DNA of 24,875 nucleotides. It comes from Bugula neritina (Eukaryota; Animalia; Bryozoa). The stretch spans positions 1-24,875 of the forward strand of contig CAXIUT010000225.1 in NCBI GenBank assembly GCA_964035545.1, written 5' to 3'. The notes under the pieces are model-generated. The model was not told the DNA's origin. It made no database searches and saw only the letters and a program-made list of their open reading frames with translations. Made by a program: the position numbers and the translations under genes. Positions 1 through 11,447 of the stretch are shown here, in pieces. Position 1 is the first letter of the stretch. Every line of letters starts with the position of its first letter.

Positions 1-81
1 CCCAACCCCAACCCCAACCCCAACCCCAACCCCAACCCCAACCCCAACCCCAACCCCAACCCCAACCCCAACCCCAACCCC
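1..81 (+). repeat. Left telomere, (CCCCAA)n, about 13.5 units
   Basis: Perfect C4A2 array at the 5' end, the Tetrahymena-type ciliate telomere repeat in the correct orientation for a chromosome end. Confidence 0.98.
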
Positions 82-134
82 TTTCAGAGACATCTTGCTA
101 TTGGGGACAAAGATAAATTAAATAATAAAGTGGA

Positions 135-872
135 ATGGAACTCATATGCCCCATTTGTATGGATAACATGATCGGACCTGTCTCTACGCCTTGTGGTCAT
201 ACATTTTGCTGGCAGTGTCTTGATGAAGCTCTCATTTTATCTTCAGGTACTCTTAAATTAAAAAGCAGTTTGCCCCGTTTGTCGACTTAACATCGAGAAA
301 GTCTTATTTATTCGATGCATTGAACTTTAAGCCATAATAAGAAAGTAGTTATTGATAGACAAAGTTAAATTCGCAAAAATAATCCCTAGATCGAACCAAT
401 CTATAACCGTAGAGTGTAGTTGTTTGAACAATGGTTGTCAAAAAGATATCTGAAAGTTGGTCAAGTTCATGCATCAGATCTGATAGATGTCAAAGATACA
501 TAAGGTATCTGGTGTCCTGCTGTTGTTAAAAATGTTATTAAAAATAATAAAAATGTTTCACTTTTAATTCATTATATTGGATGGAGTACTCTATATGATG
601 AAGTTATCGAGATTGGATCCCAGAGATTAGCCAGCTATCATCTATATACAGGACGGACCAAGTTACCAAGGTATCATTTAGTAGGTTAATCTCAACTTCA
701 AGGCTATGTCTTAGGTTTAGAGGCTGAAGTTGAAGGAAATCAATAAGAAGAGTAAGAAGAAGAGATTGATTTGGTGAGTGAAAGTGAGAGTGAAAGAAGT
801 TAGTAGGAAGTTGAAAGAGAATATTTTATTGAGTCTTCAATACCTATGGAGAGGTGCTATGAGGAATAATGA
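135..872 (+). CDS. C3HC4 RING finger protein with a C-terminal Tudor/MBT-like domain and acidic tail (putative E3 ligase); introns 247-268 and 364-389
   Basis: MELICPICMDNMIGPVSTPCGHTFCWQCLDEAL..VCPVCR RING motif, then LIDVKDT(TAA)GIWCPAVV..LIHYIGWSTLYDEVI..RLA; two GT-AG introns (22 and 26 nt) restore the frame; TGA at 870-872. Confidence 0.88.
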
Positions 873-1020
873 TCTTTAACAAAGCAATTAAATCATATCA
901 TGAATTCAATATTACTTCTATCTATGAATAAATATTTTTGACTGTTTGATAATTATTGACTTTTTAATTAATATTGATTTTATTCTTTTACTATAATTAA
1001 TTCTTGCAAATAATCAACAA

Positions 1021-1908
1021 ATGGAAATAGTTAAATAAGAAAAAGAAAACCAAGTTTTGCTAAAAAAGACTTAATAATAAAAGGTAGATCAAAATAAACC
1101 TCTTCTTGATAATTTTTTTAAACTACTAGGTATAGGGAGGAAAGAATAAGAATTCAAGATAACCTTTGAATAAATTTTGATTAACCTTAAAGCTAAAAAA
1201 TATAAAAAAGTAGTTGTTTTATCAGGAGATGAAATGAGTTCAGTGATTTCAGACTAAAAAATGAAAAACAGAGGTAAAATATAAGAATAATAATTACCAT
1301 ATTCTGAAGCTATTTTTGAGATAGAATACTTTAAAAAGAATCCTAAACCTTTTATAAAACTTTGTAAAAACAAACTAACTAAATTAAATGAACCAACTAA
1401 TATTCATAACTTTATCAAAAAATTAAATGATAAAGGAATTTTACATATGAATTTAACTCAAAACATTGATGATCTCTAGCTGAAAGCAGATATTCCTCAA
1501 TAAAAAATTATTCAAGTTCAAGGAAACATGAGAAATGTTTATTGTATCGAATGCCTAAAAGAAGCTGATCTAGATTTATGGAAATAAAATATAAAGAAAG
1601 ATTAAATTCTATTGTGCTAAAAATGTTAAGGTTATGTAAAGCCAAATATCACTTTTTTTGGTTAAAGACTTCCTGAAGAATACAAAAGTGCCAATAAAAT
1701 ACTATTTTAAGCTGATTTGATAATAATAATAGATTCTTCTTTACAAAGAGCTCCATTTGCCTTTCTATCTAAAATTATTCCAGATAAAATTCCAATACTA
1801 TAAATAAACCAAGAATAAACTCTTCAAAAAAATAAAAATAAAGCATGTATATCAGGAAAAATTGAATAAAATATCAAGATGATAATGTAAAAGCTTTAAT
1901 GGTTGTGA
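1021..1908 (+). CDS. Class I sirtuin (SIRT2/Hst2-like) homolog, probably catalytically inactive, 295 aa
   Basis: Uninterrupted frame with TAR read-through; motifs LPYSEAIFEIEYFKKNPKPF, TQNIDDL, CIEC..CxKC zinc ribbon, VKPNITFFGxRLP; the GAGIS and HG motifs are altered. Confidence 0.9.
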
Positions 1909-1972
1909 TATCTATAAAATCTAACCCTTTATTAATATAATATCAATATCAGTATTAAAGTACAAAATAATT

Positions 1973-3797
1973 ATGCAAGCATATTAATAATAGCGAAACC
2001 TCTAAGCATAAATAACTTCTAACATTGAAAATTTATAACAATTTTATGGTCTTAACCCAATCAACTCATTAAAACACCTGGTCGATATTATTCTTGATCC
2101 TAAAAGATCATAATAATTATTCAAACAACGCAACATAACCGTCTCATCGATTTTTCAATCGAGAAAAGATCCATAATAAATCAATAAAGAACATATCATT
2201 CTGTTTGCCAATAAATATACCTATGAAAAACTCGTATAAAAGTTTCCTAAACCCAGAGGATAAACCAACAGAATGCTCATCAACATCCTCTAACAAAAAC
2301 TCTCAAAATAAACTATTAATAGCCATCAAACCAGAAAAAATATCTGGCTACTTGCCTCAGGAGCACGCTTCAATCTTCTCCACCACAAAGGTCTATATCA
2401 ACAGTTACTAGAATATGATAACTACCCAGATTACTTCATTAGATCAATAAAGCAGGACATCAGCCGGACAGTAGCCAAAAGTCAAACTTCTTAAGCATAG
2501 TTATAATCTCTTTTTAATGTTCTAATTGCCTTTTCAAGAAGAAATCCTTTTGTAGGTTACTGCCAAGGTCTCAATTTCGTTGCTTATTTTTTACTAACTA
2601 TGCAATTCAGCGAATAAGAGTCATTCTGGTTATTAAGTAATATCATATAAAGTGTTATTCCCATGGATTATTACACCAATATGATAGGTGTAGTCTGTGA
2701 TCAACAAGTATTTTTAGCTATTCTTAACAAATTACACCCAGCTATTACTAAAAAATTCGACTAAGTTGGCCTTGATCCATCAGTGCTATCAATTGAATGG
2801 TTTGTTTGCCTTTTTACTTCGTCTCTACCTTTCTATGTAAATTATTTCTCATATAGCTAGTAAAAGTAGTTTGGGATAGATTGCTTATCGAAGGTCCAAG
2901 AGCATTTATCAAAACAGGTATTATTATCATGAGTCACTTTAAATAACAAATATTACAAGTTACTTAATTTCGTATATTTATCATAATATAGATTAAATTA
3001 TATTACTTCTTTAGAAAGGTACTAAACAGTTGACTCTTCCATAATCATAGTTCAACCTTCTTTTCTAAAACTTTTACATCAACCGTTAGGGTTTAATTCT
3101 AGCTCGTACTCTCTATCGCTAGTATCATCTCAAATAAAAACTATCTGATAAACTAGCCAACAGGAAAAGGAGTCCATCAATAAGTGAATGTAATCCAAAA
3201 TGGCCAATTTGTTTAGATACTCTTTAAAAGAATCGAAGACTTAGATAAGAAACAGATATTTGGATATTTAGACAAGGATAGCCTCCAAAAATGGATCCTC
3301 AATATTTACTTAAAACTCAAATCAATTCAACTACGAATAATTAACGTCGTAATTTAAAACCTATCTTAATTAGTCAAAATTTTTAATAATTTGCCAAACT
3401 CAAACCAATTCGATAGTAAAATTAATCCCTCTTTGTTACATAAAACTTTTCAGCATCAAAATATGACAATTTATTCATTTAATAAAGCAGTGACAATAAA
3501 ACTTTAAATATCGGAAGAATGAATCATATTTGCCAAGAAGTAAAGCAATTAAAGGAGCTAAAATAGAAATAGAATAAGAAAGATCCAAGAAGAAGAAGTT
3601 TAATTGTAGTTGAGTAAAATAAAGATAATACTCTTAAAAATTAGAATATAAAGAAAATGATTCATTTTAGTTAATAAAATTAATAAAAAGAATAATAAAT
3701 GTTAAAGAGATCACAGACTGTACTATTTTTCTCTAAATTTTTAAATGATAATACGGAATTGTCCAATATAATAATTCCATCAACTAAAAATAATTGA
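1973..3797 (+). CDS. TBC-domain Rab GTPase-activating protein; introns 2837-2856 and 2972-2991
   Basis: RKNIWLLASGA, IKQDISRT (R finger), NPFVGYCQGLNFVA (Q finger), ESFWLL, WFVCLF, VWD; two 20-nt GT-AG introns; TGA at 3795-3797. Confidence 0.92.
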
Positions 3798-3951
3798 TAT
3801 CAGATAATTTTAATGACAAAATCATATAAAATGACATAAATTATTAATTATTATCAATCAAATAACTTTTATTCAATCATCTAAATCTAGATTAATTATT
3901 ATATCAGTTATCATGTCATAATTAGATATTAATGCAAATCAAACAATACAA

Positions 3952-5157
3952 TCATTGCTCTTGTTTTAACATCAATCCATAGTTTACCACATTTTTATGT
4001 CTCAAAGCCTCATTGATTTCTTTTATAGGAATATTCTTCTTCAAATCTTCTTTCATCTCAACATCTCCTGCCTTCTTTATCGCAGGATCAACAATTGGAA
4101 ACAACTAAGGATTACGTGCCTGCATTCTATTCATCTCCAATAGTCCTCCCAAAGCATAAGCTTTAGCATCATAGTCCAATCTAGTATTCGGCTAGGCACC
4201 CACTCGATCATATCTAGTCGTTACTTGATCCCTAAAAGTAGATAAATTAACATCTACATTGCTCTCATTTATGCGAGTATAATCGATAGGATAAGGATTG
4301 GGATTTGGTCCTAGTCTTTCAGGATAAAATCCAGGTCTATCTAGATGCTTTTCTGCATGAACATGACCAACAGGTCCAGTAGGATATTGAGTTTGAGAGA
4401 AGTTATTGAATTGTCTTTCATCTTGATAAGGATATAACACAGTTTAAAATCCAATGCTATTTCTATTGGCATGTCTTGCTCTTCTTTTATGAAATTGCAT
4501 ATAACCATCATGAGAAGGTTTTAAATGATTTTGATAGTGTTCCTCTAAAGCCTATCCTTCAGCTTTATTCAAATCTTATTTAGAAAGATACCTTTTCTGA
4601 GATATTTTAGTTTATGCAAAAAAACCTACTGAAGAAGTCTCTCTAGGACTCAAAATAGAATAATTTCTAGTATGTTTAGTATCTCCAAATGAATTCTAAT
4701 AACCTTTACTTTTAGAATTCAAATACAAAGAACTCCTCATTGGTTTTACTTGTTCTTTTAAACCTTAGCGCATTGATGTACATGAAGCTCTCATTTTCAG
4801 ATCATGATCTTGAGTAAGTATAGGATGTTTTTAACATACTTAAAATTCTACTATTGCTTTTTTCGTATATTTTTATTTTTTAGAAAAAGACCATGAAGGA
4901 CTACGATTTTTGCCATTATTATGATTAGGATGATATAAAAATTACCCACTTGGAGATGTTATGGAAAATCTAAGATTACCTCTTTTTTATCGAGATATAG
5001 ATGAAAAACCTGAAGTAGATGATTTAATTTTTTTTGGTACAGCTGGTTCACTTTAAACATAAGGAGGATGAGCTGGTGAACTATCATGATAGAATGTTTG
5101 ATCACACAATTTAGCTGATCTAGAAAAATTAGGCCGAGTTGGTGTTTTTAACTTCAT
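3952..5157 (-). CDS. Hypothetical protein, about 401 aa, low-structure and P/Y/R-rich (possibly ciliary)
   Basis: ATG at 5157 to TGA at 3954-3952 is open under the TAR-sense code and contains the 4192..4440 ORF-track fragment; no family recognised. Confidence 0.8.
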
Positions 5158-5279
5158 CGATAAATTTATTTATATAAACTTATTTTATTTATCTTTTAAG
5201 AAAGAGAATTATTCTGATATTAATATCTAAAGTAATAGCTAGAAACGAGAAAGTTACAAAAAAATTAATTAATTTAAAT

Positions 5280-6127
5280 ATGATTCCAAAAATATCTAAA
5301 AGATTACTACATAGCCCAAGATACTATTGTTCGACTAATTTCGTTCCAAAACTTTATGGAAACAACAAATCTGTCGTATCTTTATCTCAATGGTGGAACG
5401 GATAACTTCCTAATCCACCTGATTACTATGTCAGATAAAATTTTGATGCCTAAATAAGTTCAAACTGGACACTAGGAAATGGTATTTTTAGAGTAGTTTT
5501 CTAAGCCTGTCTTAATGATCCCTCTATGGACATAAATATCAACCATTTGAAAAGAAGTGCATCATTGAATAAACTTATTCAGTTGTCAGCTTCATAGAAA
5601 TAAAAATTAGTAGATAATCCATCAACCATCATCATTGTAAGAATTAAGTCATATAGCAACCTACTTTTTCAGTTGATCATACATAAAATAATGAACAAAT
5701 AACTAAAAACATGCTATAAATCGATAAACTTTTTCAACAGGCAGTGGGACTTAAAATATCATATCTGATCAATAATTAAGCTTTAAAACAACCTTCTTAC
5801 ATTCAATAACTCACAAAAAGATTCAAAGCTGTTAGTGCAGATGTTGCCCTCAATGGATAAAAATTGGCTGATATCGTATTTTAACATGGACATCGACTTT
5901 AACATGTATTCTATTCTTCTCCTTTTTAAAAAGACGTGCCACAAGCTGATTTCTAGCAAGTTTTAGCAGCTATGCTAGCAGTTGACTACAAAGGAAAACT
6001 CATTCTTTCAGGAGGAAAAGAATACTAAAATGAAATAAAAGCCTTTGAATAAGCAACTAAAAAAACAGGATTTTCATCTAAATTAGAGTTTTCACTTCAA
6101 ACTGATGGATGGTATACCATGATTTGA
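5280..6127 (+). CDS. Hypothetical protein with a probable mitochondrial presequence; intron 5637-5656
   Basis: N-terminus MIPKISKRLLHSPRYYCS is basic/hydroxylated with no acidic residues; a 20-nt GT-AG intron gives an open frame to TGA at 6125-6127. Confidence 0.75.
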
Positions 6128-6730
6128 TATTATACTTATTTTTAACAATTTATAAATCCATTCTAGTCAAAAACAAATATTTTTGATCTTTATGAAATCA
6201 TTTCGAGCTATTATCTTAAATTTATTCATTGGAAAATATGTATAATTATATTATAATTTTCATCAAATCATCTAATAAAGTTAATATATGATAATTTTAT
6301 CAATATTCTAAGAAAAAAAAAATTAATCAATATCTAAAATATCTGTAATAAATTATTTTAAGTAAGTCGAATTAATAGAATATGTCAAAAAAAAAGCATA
6401 AATAAATAATATATTTTGAAAAAAATTGAATTGCTATCAAATATTGAGTTAATTCGTATTAATCTTTAAAATTGATCATATTTTCTAATTAATAATATAA
6501 AATAACAATGAAAGGAGTAAAATTATTGAAAAAACTAAAATTATATATAATTGTTTGGTTAGAGCATAAATGGATTTTCAAAATAATAAAAATCTTTTTA
6601 TTTTATCTTTTTTTTTACGAATGTATTTTGATATTTTTTTATATAATTTATATTATAAAAGTTGAAATTATTTATATTTTATATTTTGATAGAATAAAAG
6701 TGGTAAAATTATTGAATAATAATAATAAAG

Positions 6731-7567
6731 ATGGATATTAAATAAGCTGAACAATAAAATCTTTATTTGTAAAGAAGATATAAAAAAGTAAATTTCGTAA
6801 GATTTCTCACAAAGTAAATCGTTTAAAATATGAATAAAGAAACCATTCAAGATATCATAGTAAAAAATAATTTCAATTTTTTTAAAACATAACATCTTTA
6901 TATCTCTTCAATGCCTAATAAATATCTAATTAAATTATTTTAAATTATTAGTTAACTATATTCTATAATGCATACAATTTTTCTTTGGAATTGTCGTCCA
7001 AAATAATCCTTTTTTAATAAATTCAATGAACTTCCTTGGAAAAAACTCAGAATATTTCTAACTAACTGTAGAATAGGAAATAATATAGGTAAATATTTAT
7101 CAAATATGCCTCTAGATAGAATTGTCTAATTAAGACTAGCTTCTGAATTGATAAATAATCAAGGTTTAAAATAGTTGCATAAAATTAATCTTCCAAACAT
7201 ACATTCTCTATTTTTCAATAACTTAAATATAACGATTGATGGTCTTAAATTATTCAAAAAAAGGCCCAAAACTTATTTCAAAATGTTTGGCTGTTCTCAA
7301 CAGTTAGGTTTTTAAATCTTTTTTTAAGTTAAATAACTTATGCATTTTATTAATTTTAAGAAAACCTTAGATAGTGTAATAAACTTTGTGATGGGAAAAG
7401 AAAGTTCCGTTTTTATTTATCTTTGTCATATAGCTAAAATCACTCTACCTAAAAAAACAAACCCTTATTTGTTATTTGCAAGTTTATAAAGTAAAACAAT
7501 TTAAGATAAAATTACCTTCATTAATAAAAAAGTTCTTGAAATAATTCAAAATAAAATTGATACTTGA
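6731..7567 (+). CDS. Divergent leucine-rich-repeat protein, 278 aa
   Basis: 279-codon open frame; LRR-like units such as LPWKKLRIFLTNCRIGNNIGKYLSNMPL, LRLASELINNQGLK and LPNIHSLFFNNLNITIDGLK. Confidence 0.65.
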
Positions 7568-7882
7568 TTTATAATTTTGATATTTATTTTTAGTTTTTAT
7601 ATTTTTCCATAAAATATGTTTCTTAGAAAATAAAAATATACTTTTTTTTATGATTCATTTGTTAAACCCATTATATTTTTCATATAAAATAAAATAAAAT
7701 AAAATATTTTACGAAAATAGTTTTTATACCAAAATTAATAGTATTTATAAATAATTCAAAATTGAAAATTAAAATATCATATATTCCATAAATTTACTTC
7801 TTTGGTTAGCAATGAATTTTTGAAAAAATAATATCTTAAAAATTAAAAGGAAATAAATAAATTAGAATAAATAATCTGATAA

Positions 7883-8919
7883 TCATTCAGATCGATCGCC
7901 TTTTTCACGATTGTTTTAATCTTCTGACTTTTTGTTTGGTTTAAATTCAAAGAAATTCATTTTTCCTCGTGCTTTGATTTTTTTTATGTTTTATTCAAAG
8001 AATTATTTATCATTAGGTAATTATTATCTTTTAAAAAACTCCATCATATATTGCTCTAAATCTTAATCTTAATCTTAATCTTCCTACTCACTATTGAATG
8101 GGATATAAAAATTCTTTTTTTCTTGGTTCATCTCATACAATTATTAAGAAGAATATTATTTTTCTATTTTTTATTTTGCTTCTTTAGATTTTGACTTTAA
8201 GATCTCAATAAAATCCGAATTTCTTTCTTTAATAATATTATCATCATAGTTGGAGATAAATGACTACTGACCTTTATCTTCATATTTATCACTGTTACCT
8301 AAATGCAGGTTTAATTAAGGCTATCTAGTCTTGTAATTTTTTTACTCTTCATTCTTTCTCATATTTTTAAAGATGCGTCCTTCAACATTTCTTTGTCTTT
8401 GATTTATCTGGGTATTTTTTTTGATTTTTTTAAATCTTGATAAAGGAATATGGACATTTAGTTAGGATTTTATTTTATTTTGTTTTCCAAAGCCTCGAAA
8501 GCAAAAAAAGACCTTAGATTTCTTACAAGTGTTGAGATATCTATTCCTTATCTTTATCTTCCCTTCAAAAAATATTCATTTAACTCAGTGTGTATTCGAC
8601 GATTGAATGATTTTATGACTAAAAACTTCAGATCAAGCTTCAAATCAAAGTAACCAAGGAATGTTAAATCTTTTTAGAAACCTATAAAAGTACTTTTGGC
8701 CCATTCGAAACTATCCTGACTTATATATGATTTACTTTAGAACTATACCCATATATGACTAGAATATTTGTTGGTTCCTCACTAAGAATGCTTTTAAGAT
8801 TAAGTTTATCATCTTTGTCAAGGTCTGAAGACTAATCTAACACCGATAAAGGTGTCTTTTCTTACATAAAATTTAAATTATTGATAGCTGAAGCTAGTGA
8901 AGTTAGTCTAAATCTCCAT
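7883..8919 (-). CDS. Hypothetical protein with acidic C-terminus; intron 8716-8735; one frameshift at about 8415-8430; start uncertain (8919 or 8867)
   Basis: Long TGA-free frames joined by a 20-nt intron (GTAAATCATATATAAGTCAG) and a 1-nt A-run indel; GAG TAG GAA GAT TAA GAT TAA GAT TAA GAT acidic run; TGA at 7885-7883. Confidence 0.6.
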
Positions 8920-9070
8920 TTCTTATAGTAATATATAAATTATAAAATTTAATATCTTTAAAATTAAGAATAAACTAATCTTTTGGAAATGATTGAAAGA
9001 AAAAAATAGTTCTGGAGTTTGAATTAAGAGATAAATCTTCTAAATATTTTATCAAATAGAAAATATTGTT

Positions 9071-9114
9071 TTTGTTAATTTAAATATAATTTTGTTAATT
9101 TAAATATGATTTTG
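9071..9114. repeat. 20-bp tandem duplication (TTTGTTAATTTAAATATRAT, 2.2 copies) in a divergent intergenic region
   Basis: 9071-9090 and 9091-9110 differ at one base. Confidence 0.85.
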
Positions 9115-9242
9115 CTTTGCTAAAGTTGAAGCTGAAGATAGTTGTAATATTATTTTATACTTTGATTCATAAAAAGTAAGAAATAATTGTTTTCATAATT
9201 AATAATCTTTGAATATTTATTTATTATTAATCAACTTTTGCA

Positions 9243-10442
9243 ATGAATCAAATGAATGATAGATAAAATCTTGATAAAAACTTCATAGGAGGGCCATTCG
9301 ATAGACAAGTTCGAATATAAGATTGGGATCAATAGATCCTTAAAAAACAATCAGTCTTTATCATGGGTGTAGGAGGATTAGGTTCAGTTGTTGCGATCAA
9401 CCTCTTGAGACTAGGAATAGGTAAATTATTTCTTGTTGACTATGACGTAGTTGATATTCATAACTTAAATAGACAACTTATCTTTTCTAAGGCTGATGTT
9501 GGTAAACCAAAAGTATAAGCTGCTAGGGATAATTTATAATTTCACAAAATAATTGATACTTAAATAGAAATTTTTCATGGTAATGCACTAACTAACTGGG
9601 AAATAATCGTTTCTTTTGCTAAAAAATCAACTTTTATCTATAATTGTATTGATTGGGGAGATAAATTTGATCTAGCTGTTTCTACTCTCTGCCTTAAATT
9701 AAAAATACCTCTGGTTATGGGAGGAACCTTTAGCACTTCACTTACAGTTGACTTCTTTCCTGAAAAAGGAAAACCTTGTTATCTATGTACTGAAATGATC
9801 ATGGAAGCTCCCTAAGTATGCAAAACTATAAAGCCTGATACAATACTCGAAATGAAAGATATATCTTTTTTACCTAAAAACAACAATCCTATTAGTAGAT
9901 CTAGCGCTGTAGTTTGTACGATATGTGGGTAATTTATGACTAGTCATTTGCTAAACTGGCTATTTTTGTCTGAATAAAAACCATACAAAGCTAGTAGAAT
10001 TATCTTCTACCATAATACTTTTTAGATTGTTAAATTTTAGTTAGAATAATTCAAAAAATGTCCATATTGCTTTACTCCTTAATAAATTTAAGAAGAAATC
10101 AAAAGAGAAGCTGCAAGAGCTCTTAAGAAAAAAGAATAATAATAGGCTAAAAAGAAATAAGAAGAAGAGCTTAAGAAAAAGGAATAAGAATAAAAATCTA
10201 AAGAAACTTAAAAAGAATCTTAAATAAAGGATTAAATCAAAGAAGAAGATAGAAATTTAAAGCCTGAATAAAACAGCGAAAAAGAAATAAAATAAAAATA
10301 AAAAATTAATTCTGAAGATAAAGGAGATTAAATAATCCAGAATTAAGAATAGATAATTTAAAAAAATGAATAGTAACCTTAAAAAATTGAAAAAGTATCC
10401 TAAAATATTGAAAATTAGTCATAAAAAAAGGTAGATTCTTGA
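9243..10442 (+). CDS. ThiF/MoeB-family (E1-like) adenylyltransferase with a charged helical tail, 399 aa
   Basis: FDRQ, IMGVGGLGS, LVDYDVVDIHNLNRQ, DVGKPKV, NCID, PCYLC and CPYC zinc motifs; no rhodanese domain; K/E-rich C-terminus; TGA at 10440-10442. Confidence 0.92.
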
Positions 10443-10501
10443 TTTATTCCTATTTATTTAAATCAAAATAACAAATATATATTTAATAATTTCATGGACA
10501 A

Positions 10502-11302
10502 TCAGAGTTCTTAATCTGTTGCCTGAGGGTTAGCATCAACCCAATCATATTCAGAATGGTCCTTAATCCAATCCAAAATACCTTGTTTATCTCTTCCTCC
10601 ATTAAAACTTACTGGCTTAACTGACTTATCTTTCCCGTACCAAAGGAGAGTAGGGTATCCTGAGATATCGATTTCATTCACTTCATTCAAAGTTCCATCA
10701 AAATCAGCTAAAATTACATTACTATTTGCAGCTAAAGCTTCAGCTGCAGCAACAAATTCTGGTGCAATTTGCTTACAATGACCACACCAAGGGGCATAAA
10801 CTTTCAAAAGAACTTATCTCTAACTTTCCAAGATCTCTTGCTTGAAACTATTTCCAACTATTACCTTGACTGCCTCATTATTTTCAGTTGGGATAGGAGC
10901 CGACTTAAGGAAAGGTTGAACCTCTCCAGAATTAACCTTATCAGTAAAAGAAGCCAATCCTTCAGCTGAAACATCAAGATCTTCAACTACATATTTTTTC
11001 TTTGCTTCAACAAGATAAACTAATTTGGGTGTTGTATCAACTTGTAAGCCAAGATATTCAGCAAATCGAGTAAAATGATCTTTATCTTGAACTTAATCAA
11101 TCACAGTAAAGACATTGAATTCATCAGTTTAAGATGTTTATTTGAATTGAGCCTTGATATCTTCATTCTCAGGATTGGTAAAGAGAAGGAATGCATTTTT
11201 TTTATCCTTAAAGATTGCGTTGACTGCGTTTTCACCAAAATCAACATATTCAGCGTTTGAAAAAACGACGAAGAAAATAACCAATAATGCTATGACTTTC
11301 AT
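10502..11302 (-). CDS. Protein disulfide-isomerase family protein with one active site, 266 aa
   Basis: Signal peptide MKVIALLVIFFVVFSNA; PFLKSAPIP linker; VKVIVGNSF; YAPWCGHCK; GYPTL; C-terminal D-(TAA)-E-L-TGA resembling an ER-retention motif. Confidence 0.95.
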
Positions 11303-11358
11303 GGTAAGATAATATTGAATATTAAAATCAGGTTAATATAATGAAACTATTTATCTTT

Positions 11359-11447
11359 GGGGTTGGGGTTGGGGTTGGGGTTGGGGTTGGGGTTGGGGTT
11401 GGGGTTGGGGTTGGGGTTGGGGTTGGGGTTGGGGTTGGGGTTGGGGT
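11359..11447 (+). repeat. Internal telomeric tract (GGGGTT), about 15 units; right end of segment 1
   Basis: Perfect G4T2 array with no following C4A2 tract. Confidence 0.98.

Noticed and set aside
4597-4629. Possible 33-nt GT-AG intron in the minus-strand hypothetical gene
   Set aside because: It is in frame and stop-free, and its length is atypical here; there is no evidence for splicing.
8060-8083. (ATCTTA)n microsatellite
   Set aside because: It is the coding GAT-TAA (Asp-Glu) repeat of the minus-strand gene.
11359-11447. Internal GGGGTT tracts as CRISPR arrays, transposon ends or telomere-telomere fusions
   Set aside because: They are pure hexamer repeats with no spacers, no inverted partner tract, and no transposase or reverse transcriptase ORF in the window.
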